Part shown: piece by piece, positions 46,404 to 55,260 of the stretch
How positions within the stretch are numbered: position 1 is the first letter of the stretch
How the letters are laid out: each line of letters begins with the position of its first letter
NCBI GenBank assembly: GCA_965223325.1
Contig: CBDCWI010000001.1
Span: forward strand, 736,001-800,000
Origin: Candidatus Multivoradales bacterium
GTDB lineage: Bacteria > Acidobacteriota > Thermoanaerobaculia > Multivoradales > Multivoraceae
Direction: 5' to 3'
Length of the DNA: 64,000 bases
The notes under the pieces: generated by a model
Databases searched by the model: none
What the model saw: the letters and a program-made list of their open reading frames with translations, nothing else
What the model was told of the DNA's origin: nothing
Program-made: the position numbers and the translations under genes

Positions 46404-47318
46404 ATGATGCGAATCACCGAAGCTCTCAGTCGCGAAGAAATCGACTACTTCAACCAGAAGAGCGACCTGGCCGGCCTTTCGACCTTCTTGATCAACTACC
46501 TGTTGATTGCCGCTGCCTTCTTTGTCGTGGCGCGCTGGACCAACCCGCTCACGATCCTTCCGGCACTCGTCCTGCTCGGCAACCGCCAGCTCGGCCTGAG
46601 CGTCATGGAGCACGACTGTGGCCACAAGTCGCTCTTCAAGAGTCCCTTCCTGAACCGCGCCGTGGGCCGCTGGCTGTGCGCGGCACCAGTCTTCGGCGAC
46701 CTCGACTCATACATGGCCGTGCACAAGGTCCATCACGCCAAGGCCGGCTCCGACGAAGACCCCGATCGCGAGAACTACCGTCACTACGCCGTCCTGGCGG
46801 CAAGCTTCCGGCGCAAGATCGTTCGTGACCTCACCGGACAGACTGGCGTTCGCAACCTCACCCGCGCCTGGAAAGCGGGAGGGCTCTCTAGCTTCTGGCG
46901 CCCGCTGATCGTGAATGGGATCTTTCTCGGCGCTCTGACAGCCCTGGGTCGACCGGAGCTCTACCTGCTGTGGATCGGTGCCTACTTGACGACCTTCCAA
47001 CTGATCGCGCGCCTGCGTCAGGCCGCCGAGCACGCGGTCGTCCCCGACCTCGGCGACCCCGATCCACGCCGTCATACCCGCACCACGATCGCCCGCTGGT
47101 GGGAACGGCTGACTCTGGCACCCAATCGGGTCAACTATCACCTCGAGCATCACCTCCTACCGGGGGTGCCGCCGCACCGACTTCCCGAGCTCCACCACAC
47201 CCTCTACGATCGCGGCTTCACTCGCGACGCTGATATCGCGCATGGCTACGGCTCTGTGATCCGGCGCCTCGTGCGGCGCCCGAGCGAGGAGCCCACGACG
47301 GCTGAACCGGCGGGCTAG
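46404..47318 (+). CDS. Membrane fatty acid desaturase family protein
   Basis: Three His boxes HDCGH, HKVHH and HLEHH, plus 'AEH'; TM segments. Confidence 0.9.
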   Translation: MMRITEALSREEIDYFNQKSDLAGLSTFLINYLLIAAAFFVVARWTNPLTILPALVLLGNRQLGLSVMEHDCGHKSLFKSPFLNRAVGRWLCAAPVFGDLDSYMAVHKVHHAKAGSDEDPDRENYRHYAVLAASFRRKIVRDLTGQTGVRNLTRAWKAGGLSSFWRPLIVNGIFLGALTALGRPELYLLWIGAYLTTFQLIARLRQAAEHAVVPDLGDPDPRRHTRTTIARWWERLTLAPNRVNYHLEHHLLPGVPPHRLPELHHTLYDRGFTRDADIAHGYGSVIRRLVRRPSEEPTTAEPAG

Positions 47319-47442
47319 GGGTTCTCAGGCTGGATTCGGGGTTTTTCGGTTTTTTTGAGGCTACCGCGGAAAACCGGCTGGCAGCAGACTCCTATGGGAG
47401 TGCAAGGGGGAGAAACCCCCGGAATCACAGGCCCCAAACGCC

Positions 47443-47949
47443 ATGCTGCTGCTCAACGACAACGCGACGACCCTGGACTTGATCCACCACTATGGCCTCG
47501 CAGATGCCTGCTTCGGGCGCACCCGAACGGACGAGGCGAAGCGCCAGAGCGCACTGCGTGGCATTGATCAGCTCGAGCAGCTGCCGCTGCATCCGCGGGC
47601 GGAGACCACGCGCGCCCGACTCCTGTGCTGGGTCGTCGAGTCGCCTGAGTTTTCGGTGCAGCCGAACCCGCACTTTCTCGCCCGGCTGCTGAGTACTGAC
47701 CGTGCGGGCGCTCGCGCACTCGCAGCCCAACTGGTGCTGTCGACAACTGCCTACGCCCTGCGCAACCCGCAAGCTGCCGCCGATCAGCGGCGCCTGGACC
47801 GTGCCGGCGCCCTGGGCGTTCTGCGCGCCTATCGGCAGATGCGCACTGCCCGCCCTGAGGTGCGGTGGGAGTTTCTCGAGGCCTTGCTCGAGCGGACCGA
47901 GCGCGAAGTGCGGGAGCGGCGGTCTGGGGCGCACCCGATCGCTGCTTGA
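47443..47949 (+). CDS. Hypothetical helical protein (168 aa)
   Basis: ATG ORF with GC3-rich codons; no motif recognised. Confidence 0.55.
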   Translation: MLLLNDNATTLDLIHHYGLADACFGRTRTDEAKRQSALRGIDQLEQLPLHPRAETTRARLLCWVVESPEFSVQPNPHFLARLLSTDRAGARALAAQLVLSTTAYALRNPQAAADQRRLDRAGALGVLRAYRQMRTARPEVRWEFLEALLERTEREVRERRSGAHPIAA

Positions 47950-48376
47950 CGCGAAGGAGTTGCTACGGCGGGTCGACCGGTTCACGTTCGCGAACGCCGT
48001 GCACGCCAGAAGAGAGGTGGCTCGATTCTCTGTCCTTGCCGCTTCTCTGGGTCCTTTTTCGTGGTTGTTGTGGGGTTTGGGGCGGGATTGACCTGGCGGG
48101 TGAACGCAAGGGCGACGCTCCTGGGCACGGTGACGCTCATCGGATTGCGATGGGTGGCGTCCCCTTCGCTCGACGGCCGTCTATCGTCTGTCGCCTGCGG
48201 TCGCCGTACTCGTGCTGGCGTCGAGAGAGCCCTGAAGCGTCGCCCCCATGCGCCCACCCGCACTCTCGCGCTGGGAAGCCCTTCCAACTTGGAGGGGACG
48301 CGGCATCTGGGCGGACGGGGATCTCGCTGAGGGCCCCGGGGGTATAGCGGTTGTCGCGGCTGGTGGCTTGGCCGAT

Positions 48377-48410
48377 ACCCCTTCCACTCTTGGGGGTGGA
48401 AGGGGTTTCT
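48377..48410 (+). terminator. Strong hairpin (terminator or REP-like) near the 3' end of the convergent gene
   Basis: ACCCCTTCCAC-N8-GTGGAAGGGGT, an 11-bp perfect stem followed by TTCT. Confidence 0.5.
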
Positions 48411-48433
48411 GGCCGGACCGGGATCTTGCTGTC

Positions 48434-49531
48434 TTAGTCGTCGGAGCCGGTTGAGGTGCCGCCGGTCTTTTTGGCTTTTGCTTCCTCTTCGAGGATGCGG
48501 GCGCCGCGCATAATGCCGCCCAGGGAGTAGTTGCCTTCGTGGCAGGCGTATTCGTAGACCTTTTTGTCGCTCGCTGGCCACGGGTACTCGCCGGTCCATG
48601 GCTCGGCCCAGGTCGAGGGATCTTCGACGGTGAACTGGTAGCGCAGGGTGTCTTTGTCGATACGCGAGAAGCGCTCGGTGACTTTGAGGTTGCGGGTGGC
48701 ACTGAACAGAGCGGGGTCGTCGTTGAAGTTGGTGGTTTCGACGACCAGGGTGTCGCCTTCCCACCAACCGATCGAATCTCCTAGCCAGCTGCGCACGTCG
48801 TCTGGCTGGTGCTCGGAGTTCAAACGCACGATGCGGGCATCGTGGTTCATCTCGACCAGGATGGTGACGGTCTCGTCGGTCTGGACGATGCGCTTGAGGT
48901 TGTTGTACATCACGGGCAGGGACGGTGGACCGGCGACTGAACCGAAGCCCAGCAAGCAGCGCTCGCCGGTGGGTCGCAGCTCGGGGTCGTCGTAGGGGCC
49001 GACGGGAAGGTCGATCCACCAGGCCTCGCCGGTGTTGGCGTGACGGAAGGCCGCACCTTCCTTCATGCGCGCCATGGCTTCGGGAGTCATCTTCGGCATG
49101 CGGCCGTTCGGCGGGTCGACGATGATGGAGGTGCGGTACTCGCCGTCGAGTTTGAAGGCGCTGTCGCCGAGGTCGACGTAGAAGGAGTTGTAGCCACCGA
49201 CACCGCCGGCGGCGCCGGAGAATTCGCGCGCCGCCGGCTCGACGCCACCTTCGGGCGGCGCCTCGCGGTTGGGATCGCTCTGCTCTTCGGTGAGGTTCTC
49301 GGCCCAGTACTTCGCGAGCTCCGCGGCTTCTTCTTCGGTGAAGGTCGCCTTGTCGCCCAGGCGGGCGGGCCGGGTGAGGGGGGTGAGAGTCGCGGTGTTG
49401 TAGGTACCGCTGAGATCTGGCTTGCCGTCCGGGCGACGCGGAATCTCCTCACCGGTCACCGGCCCGGCAAAGGCGACGAGGAGAAGGACGAGAGCTGCTG
49501 CCAGCGCCAGCAACCCAGGGGCCTGGCTCAT
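48434..49531 (-). CDS. Conserved hypothetical exported protein ('GKPDLSG...EYACHEGN' family)
   Basis: Signal peptide; 'DGKPDLSG', 'ERC', 'WLGDSIGWWEGDTLVVET', 'YEYACHEGN'; a family I recall as frequent in Acidobacteria. Confidence 0.8.
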   Translation of the reverse strand: MSQAPGLLALAAALVLLLVAFAGPVTGEEIPRRPDGKPDLSGTYNTATLTPLTRPARLGDKATFTEEEAAELAKYWAENLTEEQSDPNREAPPEGGVEPAAREFSGAAGGVGGYNSFYVDLGDSAFKLDGEYRTSIIVDPPNGRMPKMTPEAMARMKEGAAFRHANTGEAWWIDLPVGPYDDPELRPTGERCLLGFGSVAGPPSLPVMYNNLKRIVQTDETVTILVEMNHDARIVRLNSEHQPDDVRSWLGDSIGWWEGDTLVVETTNFNDDPALFSATRNLKVTERFSRIDKDTLRYQFTVEDPSTWAEPWTGEYPWPASDKKVYEYACHEGNYSLGGIMRGARILEEEAKAKKTGGTSTGSDD

Positions 49532-49696
49532 GTTGAGACTGTGATGCATTACGTTTCTCCTGACTGAAGCGCATGAAGTCATAGGGGACAGAGAGGTTCC
49601 TTCTGCTCTTTGGCTCTTTCGGGTGGCCCAAGCATAGCCCAACTGGCCGGTCGGCCAGTCTGACGCAAGTCAGTCTCTGGCACTCCGGGCCGCCGG

Positions 49697-52600
49697 CTAC
49701 TCGGCGACCGGCAACAGGATCGCTCCAACGCCCTTCTCGGCCAGCACACGGTCGAATTCCCTGACTTCGTCGAGCACCTGATCGAGGGCGCCGAGGGCAG
49801 CGTCGAGCTCCTCCTCGACATCGTTGGCTCGTTGCTTTGAGTCTTCGCCGGGCGGCTGATCGGCACCGAGGATCGAACCGAGGAGATAGGTCAGTTGACT
49901 GTCGAGCTGAGGCTCGAGTTCAGCGCCCACCTTGCCGCGCTCGACCTGAACCAGGATGCCCTCAGCCGCTTCGACCTGGGCGGCGAGGTCTGCGGCCTCA
50001 GACGCCAGGTCGGGAAACTGCTTGGCGGCTTCGAAGCGCCCCACCAGCGCACCGAGCTGCTGGCGCACCGACTCCGCGCGCCTGACCCCAGCGCGACCGC
50101 GATCGATCATCGCGACCACCCGGCGGGCAAGCTCGAACTGTTCCTCGAGGTCGTCTCGTCCGATTCCGGCGGCGACCGTGTGCGGATTGCGAAGAACGGT
50201 GAGGGTCGCCCGCGAGACCTGGGGATCCGACGACGAGTCGGCGGCCCGGCTGAGGCGCAGCTCGTAGTCGCCCGGCAGGATCATCGGCCCTTGAACGGCG
50301 CGACGCTCATGCAGGCCGCCTGGTGCGCCCTCGAGGCGCAGGTCCCAGGGCACGGCGTGCAAACCGCGGGTGGCGGGAATGTCCGCTGGGGTGAGGCTTT
50401 CGGCGTCGCCGTCCAAAGCGCCGGTAGCGTCATCGGTCGACTGCGAGGCCGCGGAGGGCGCGGCGGTTTCGTCGGCCGGTTCGGGAAGGGCCTCTTTGAT
50501 GTGCCTCCACGACTTCACCACTTCGCCGGCTGCATCGAGTACCTCGAGTGCGAGGCTCTCGCCACCCTCGAGATCGCTGCCCAACCAGTAGCGCAAGGTG
50601 ACCGGTGCAACCGGATACTGCGGCGCACGACCCGGGAAACTGCGTTCCAACGATGGCAAAGCGCGCTTGCGAAATGCCGGCGCGGGGGTAAGCAGAGCGA
50701 CCGCCTGTTCCTCGGAGGCACTTCCCGCTGCCACCTCACGTGCCGCGGCGCGCAGTGGCTCGAGGTCGTCGAGGATCCAGAACGAGCGCCCCATCGTCGA
50801 CAGCACGAGATCACGGTCTTTGACCATCATTCCGGTGATCGGAGTGGCCGGAAGGTTGAGTTGAAACTCGTGCCAGTTGCTCCCCCCGTCGAGCGAAACG
50901 TAGATCCCGCGCTCGGTTCCGAGGTAGACGAGGCCTCTGACCCGCGGGTCCTCGACCACCACCCGCACCGGGTTGTCCTGGGGAATGCCACTTCCCGGTC
51001 CGCTCTGGTGCGTCCAGGTCGAGCCGTGGTCATCGGTAGAGAAGAGCCACGGTCGCCAGTCGTCGAGCAGGTAGCGGTAGATCGCCACCCAGGCGCGACC
51101 CTCCTGGTGCGCTGAGAGGTGGATCGAGTTGACCCGTCCGCCGCCTGGAACCTCGACCCGCGCGAGCTTGCCGGGCGTTACGTCTCGCCAGGTCTCGCCG
51201 GCGTCGGTCGTTATGTGGAGCGGACCGTCGTTGGAACCCGCCCACAGCGTGCCGGCTTCGAGGGGCGACTCGGCGAGCGCGTAAAGGGCTGAGTAGATCT
51301 CTTCACCGGTGATGTCGTGGGTTATCGGCCCCCCCGAGTAACCCTGCGTTTCGTCTTCGAAGGCGGTGAGATCGGGACTGATCGTGCGCCAGTTTCTGCC
51401 GCTGTCACGGCTGGTGTGGACGACGTGAGAACCGTGAAAGAGCACTGCCGGATCATGCGGCGAGACGATCATCGGGGCGACACGTTGAAACCGATAGGGC
51501 ATCTCGCGCGTGTCGTGACCGTAGTTGAAATGCGGATAGACCCAGAACTGCTGCACCTCACCGGTCGAGCGATCGAAGACGCTGTGACGGCCCTTACAAC
51601 CCGCGTACACGCGGTTGGGGTTCGCCGGGTCCGGCACCACCGGCCCGGTCTCGCAGCCGGCGGTCTCGAGCCAGTTCTGTTTGGGGTCGAGCGGCCTTTC
51701 GAAGAGCGCACTGGGCACCGAGATCGTTGTGTTGTCCTGCTGCGCACCGTAGAGGCGGTAGGGGACGTCGTTGTCAACCGCAACCTGGTACAGCTCGGCG
51801 GTCGGCTGGTTGTCCTGACGCGACCAGCTCTCGCCGCCGTTGACCGTCACCGTCGCTCCACCGTCGTTGCCCTGCACCATCAAGTCGGAGTCTTCCGGGT
51901 GGATCCAGAGGGCATGGTGATCGCCGTGCGGCGTCGCAACCGACTCGAAGTTCGCCCCGCCGTCGATCGAACGCCAGAAGCTCTCGTTGCTCACCCAGAC
52001 TTTGTCGCGATCGTTGGGATCGGCCGTGAGGTGGGTGTAGTAGAAGGGGCGATTGGTCAGACTCGACTGTGCCGAAACGCGCACGAACTGTTTTCCGCCG
52101 TCGTCGGAGCGCCACAGGCCCCGCCCGTCGCCCGGCGCCTCGACCAGCGCCCAGACGCGCGAAGGGTCAGCCGGTGAAATTTCGACCGCAATCCGGCCAA
52201 CCGTCGGGCCGGGCAGTCCGCCGCCGACTTTCGACCAGCTCTCGCCACCGTCGGTCGTCGACCACACGCCACCTTCTGAGCCGCCGCTTTGAATCGTCCA
52301 GGGTTTGCGCTCCGCCTCCCACATCGCAACGAACAAGCGCCGCGGGTTGCGGGGATCGAGCGTCAGGTCTACGGCACCGGTTCGGTCCGAGACGAACAGA
52401 ACGCGCTCGAAAGTCTCACCGCCGTCGATGGTCTTGTAGACCCCGCGCTCGGTACTCGGGCCGAAGGGATGCCCCAGCACCGCCAGCCAGGCGGTGTCGG
52501 GATCGGTCGGGTGCACGACGACGTCGCCGATCGCTCCCGCATCGGAGAGACCGAGAAACCCCCAGGTCTCGCCACCGTCCACCGAGCGCCACACGCCACG

Positions 52601-53002
52601 CCCAGCGATCACGTTGCTTCTGATACACGCCGAGCCGGTTCCAACCCAGACGACGTTCGGATCCGAGGGCGCAACCGCCAGCGCTCCGATCGAGCCGGTG
52701 TCCAGAAAGCCGTCGCCGACGTTCCGCCAACGCTCGCCCAGATCTTCCGTCTTCCAGAGACCGCCACCGGTCGCACCCATATAGAAAGTGCGCGGCTCCT
52801 GAATCACGCCGGCGACTGCGGTCACCCGGCCTCCACGGTACGGCCCCACCATGCGGTAGCTCATCCCGTTGGCGAAAGCCTCCTCGAGACTGGTGGGCGC
52901 GCCGTCGTCATCGACAGCCCAAGCCGGAGGAGCAACCGCCTGGCACAGAGCAAAGGCGAAGAGACCAACCAACGCGAAACGAAAGCGACAAGGCCAGGGC
53001 AT
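49697..53002 (-). CDS. VPS10/BNR-repeat secreted protein (second paralogue)
   Basis: Start re-assigned to MPWPCRF; 'VGPYRGGRV', many SxDGG..W Asp-boxes, 'HGDHH', 'GAQQDN', 'STMGRSFWILDD'. Confidence 0.85.
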   Translation of the reverse strand: MPWPCRFRFALVGLFAFALCQAVAPPAWAVDDDGAPTSLEEAFANGMSYRMVGPYRGGRVTAVAGVIQEPRTFYMGATGGGLWKTEDLGERWRNVGDGFLDTGSIGALAVAPSDPNVVWVGTGSACIRSNVIAGRGVWRSVDGGETWGFLGLSDAGAIGDVVVHPTDPDTAWLAVLGHPFGPSTERGVYKTIDGGETFERVLFVSDRTGAVDLTLDPRNPRRLFVAMWEAERKPWTIQSGGSEGGVWSTTDGGESWSKVGGGLPGPTVGRIAVEISPADPSRVWALVEAPGDGRGLWRSDDGGKQFVRVSAQSSLTNRPFYYTHLTADPNDRDKVWVSNESFWRSIDGGANFESVATPHGDHHALWIHPEDSDLMVQGNDGGATVTVNGGESWSRQDNQPTAELYQVAVDNDVPYRLYGAQQDNTTISVPSALFERPLDPKQNWLETAGCETGPVVPDPANPNRVYAGCKGRHSVFDRSTGEVQQFWVYPHFNYGHDTREMPYRFQRVAPMIVSPHDPAVLFHGSHVVHTSRDSGRNWRTISPDLTAFEDETQGYSGGPITHDITGEEIYSALYALAESPLEAGTLWAGSNDGPLHITTDAGETWRDVTPGKLARVEVPGGGRVNSIHLSAHQEGRAWVAIYRYLLDDWRPWLFSTDDHGSTWTHQSGPGSGIPQDNPVRVVVEDPRVRGLVYLGTERGIYVSLDGGSNWHEFQLNLPATPITGMMVKDRDLVLSTMGRSFWILDDLEPLRAAAREVAAGSASEEQAVALLTPAPAFRKRALPSLERSFPGRAPQYPVAPVTLRYWLGSDLEGGESLALEVLDAAGEVVKSWRHIKEALPEPADETAAPSAASQSTDDATGALDGDAESLTPADIPATRGLHAVPWDLRLEGAPGGLHERRAVQGPMILPGDYELRLSRAADSSSDPQVSRATLTVLRNPHTVAAGIGRDDLEEQFELARRVVAMIDRGRAGVRRAESVRQQLGALVGRFEAAKQFPDLASEAADLAAQVEAAEGILVQVERGKVGAELEPQLDSQLTYLLGSILGADQPPGEDSKQRANDVEEELDAALGALDQVLDEVREFDRVLAEKGVGAILLPVAE

Positions 53003-53016
53003 CAGCCGTCGAACGC

Positions 53017-53433
53017 TCAGGGCGTCTGGGGGTTCTTCGCAAACGCCAGGGCACCCTCGGGTAGCTCCACCCAGGAAGCACGGCGTTCGGTCCAGATATG
53101 GACCGCCGGCTTGAACGCGTTGGCGTCCTCGAGCGTGCCCACCTTGACGAACCGGGCGCCCGGAAAAGAGGCGACCGTCGCCCAGAGCTGCGCCCCACAG
53201 GTGCCACAAAACCACCGAGTCACTTCACCACCCGACTCACCATTCGAGGTGTAAGAGCTCGCTTCGCCTTCCTGGTTCCAGGCGTCATCGGGCACGGTGA
53301 CGAAGGTCGCGCAGGTACTTCCCGTGGCGCATTGGCAATCGCGGCAGTAGCAGCTCATCGACTGAGCCTGCGGCACGTCGGCGTCGTAGGTCACGGCACC
53401 ACAGAGACAGCCACCCTTGATCGGTGTCGACAT
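53017..53433 (-). CDS. GFA (CENP-V/Mss4-like) family Zn protein
   Basis: 'GGCLCG', 'CYCRDC', 'FCGTCG', 'HIW'. Confidence 0.9.
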   Translation of the reverse strand: MSTPIKGGCLCGAVTYDADVPQAQSMSCYCRDCQCATGSTCATFVTVPDDAWNQEGEASSYTSNGESGGEVTRWFCGTCGAQLWATVASFPGARFVKVGTLEDANAFKPAVHIWTERRASWVELPEGALAFAKNPQTP

Positions 53434-53497
53434 CGGAAACCTCCTTTTGTTCCAGTCGAGCGTTGGAGGCACCCTACCTCGAACGAACAGCGGGCCT

Positions 53498-53926
53498 CTA
53501 AACCTTGCCAGCCCCCCTTGGCAGGAGGCACGCAAGAGCGATCGTCGCGCCCTCGACCACCACCGCCTCGCCGGAGCGAGCGGCGAGCCCGAGATCCTGA
53601 TCAAAGACCGCGCGTTGCAACGCCATCGCTCCCCACCAGAGGCCGGCGGCCGCCACCACCGTGGCAACCAATTGACCAACCAGCGGCCGCCAGACCCGAG
53701 CTGGATGGCGAGCCAAAAGGACGAAGGGAGCGACCAGACCGACGAGCGGCAAGACGCAGGCCAGACCCCAGCCCCAGTGAATCTCGAAGGCCCGCACCAG
53801 AAACCAGATACTGGTCAACAAGAGCCCCATCAGTCCACTCCAGAACAAGAGCTGCGCTCCGAAAGGAATGAGCGCCAGAATCTCTGGCCCGTACTCCACC
53901 AGATCGCGCCAGGTCTGTTCGTCCAT
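53498..53926 (-). CDS. Hypothetical membrane protein
   Basis: 3-4 hydrophobic helices; similar to the C-terminus of the upstream gene; start uncertain. Confidence 0.6.
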   Translation of the reverse strand: MDEQTWRDLVEYGPEILALIPFGAQLLFWSGLMGLLLTSIWFLVRAFEIHWGWGLACVLPLVGLVAPFVLLARHPARVWRPLVGQLVATVVAAAGLWWGAMALQRAVFDQDLGLAARSGEAVVVEGATIALACLLPRGAGKV

Positions 53927-53968
53927 CACGCGGCCGCTCGGACCTGGCACGGGTGCACTGGCATGGGC

Positions 53969-55024
53969 CTAGCCTGGAAGGCTGAGGGTCGCCGGATCGG
54001 GCACCGACATTACGCCCGAAGAGATCAGGTAGCCGACCAGCGCAACATAGAGGAGGACGCAGACAATCTGCAACGCCACCGGCTTCCAGAGCTCACTGGG
54101 GTTCTTGGCCAGCAGCACGAAGAAAGCCACCAGACCGATGATCGGCACGAAGCAGAGAATCGCCCACAACACGCTGGTCTGGAACCCCTTGACGATGAAC
54201 CAGATAAAGCCCACCAACTGAACCAGGCCCAGAACACCAAGCGCTATTGCGGCCCACATTGGAAGCGGCGCTGACTCGGAAGCCTCTGCGAGTGCCTCTT
54301 CTAGCTCGCGCTCTATCTCCTCGTCGCTCTTACCCTCGCTGTTTTCCATGACGTCCTGCATGCGGTCTTCGACCGCAGCATCGCCGTCGTCAGCTTGCGC
54401 GGCAAGTTCCTCGGCGTCGCCGTCAACGATCTGCACGACCGAAAGATCACCCTTCTCGACTTCGGCGATCTCGGTCTTGAAGTATCCAGACACCCAACTC
54501 CGATCGTTGTCGGGAAGGCTCAGATAGATGCGTCCGGTCAGAAGGTCGTCTTTCATCGAGGCGAACTGAAGCAACATCGAGTAGCGACCCAGGAACTCTT
54601 CACCGCCACCACTTAGGTCGCCGCGCGCGGCGCTGGCGAGATGGATCGTCGGCACACCGAAACGATCACCAAAGTCGACTTTGAAGGTGCGCTTCTCGAG
54701 TTCCTCGTCTTCGTTGATAAAGAGCGCAATCGAGACTTCTCGCTGCCAGCCGTCGTCACCGGCTTGCCGGAGGAAGAGCGTCCCCTTCTCGAGCACCGCC
54801 TCGTCAACGCGAAAGCTCGCACCCTCGATCTGCCCAGTGGCCGCCGCGACGGGAATCTCGACCTGCGAAAGGTCTCGTTGCCACTGCGCGAGGGTGGGCA
54901 CCGTCACCGTCATGCCGAGGATCAGCGCCAGCGCGGTAGCCATTCCTGTCCAGCCGCCAAAAGGAAGCCGCGAGGCACGGCGGCTGGTCGTGTGCCGGGC
55001 GCACTCTGATTGAAGCAAACGCAT
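53969..55024 (-). CDS. Hypothetical protein: signal peptide, beta-rich domain, acidic linker, three C-terminal TM helices
   Basis: Architecture read from the translation; start uncertain (55024 or 54943). Confidence 0.65.
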   Translation of the reverse strand: MRLLQSECARHTTSRRASRLPFGGWTGMATALALILGMTVTVPTLAQWQRDLSQVEIPVAAATGQIEGASFRVDEAVLEKGTLFLRQAGDDGWQREVSIALFINEDEELEKRTFKVDFGDRFGVPTIHLASAARGDLSGGGEEFLGRYSMLLQFASMKDDLLTGRIYLSLPDNDRSWVSGYFKTEIAEVEKGDLSVVQIVDGDAEELAAQADDGDAAVEDRMQDVMENSEGKSDEEIERELEEALAEASESAPLPMWAAIALGVLGLVQLVGFIWFIVKGFQTSVLWAILCFVPIIGLVAFFVLLAKNPSELWKPVALQIVCVLLYVALVGYLISSGVMSVPDPATLSLPG

Positions 55025-55126
55025 GATTTTGGATTCTCCGTGGGGCATTCGCGAAGGACGAACGACCGAAGCCGAAGTCTACTTTTTCTTTTGTTTCTTG
55101 AAAAGCGGGTCGCAAACCGCCCATTC

Positions 55127-55142
55127 TGGCAAGGGGATTGCT
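55127..55142 (+). promoter_or_regulatory. Sigma-54 (-24/-12) promoter motif
   Basis: TGGCAAGGGGATTGCT: GG-N10-GC; preceded by a T-rich tract at 55081-55104; about 120 bp upstream of the DUF4388 gene. Confidence 0.6.
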
Positions 55143-55260
55143 AGGAATCAGGTACGTCGGCGTGCGACGCTGTCGCTGATTCACAGTGACACAGGTTGCG
55201 GTTGGGAGACTGCAGCAGCCACGCCGTCCCACGCGATCGCCACCAGGGGGAGGAATCGTC

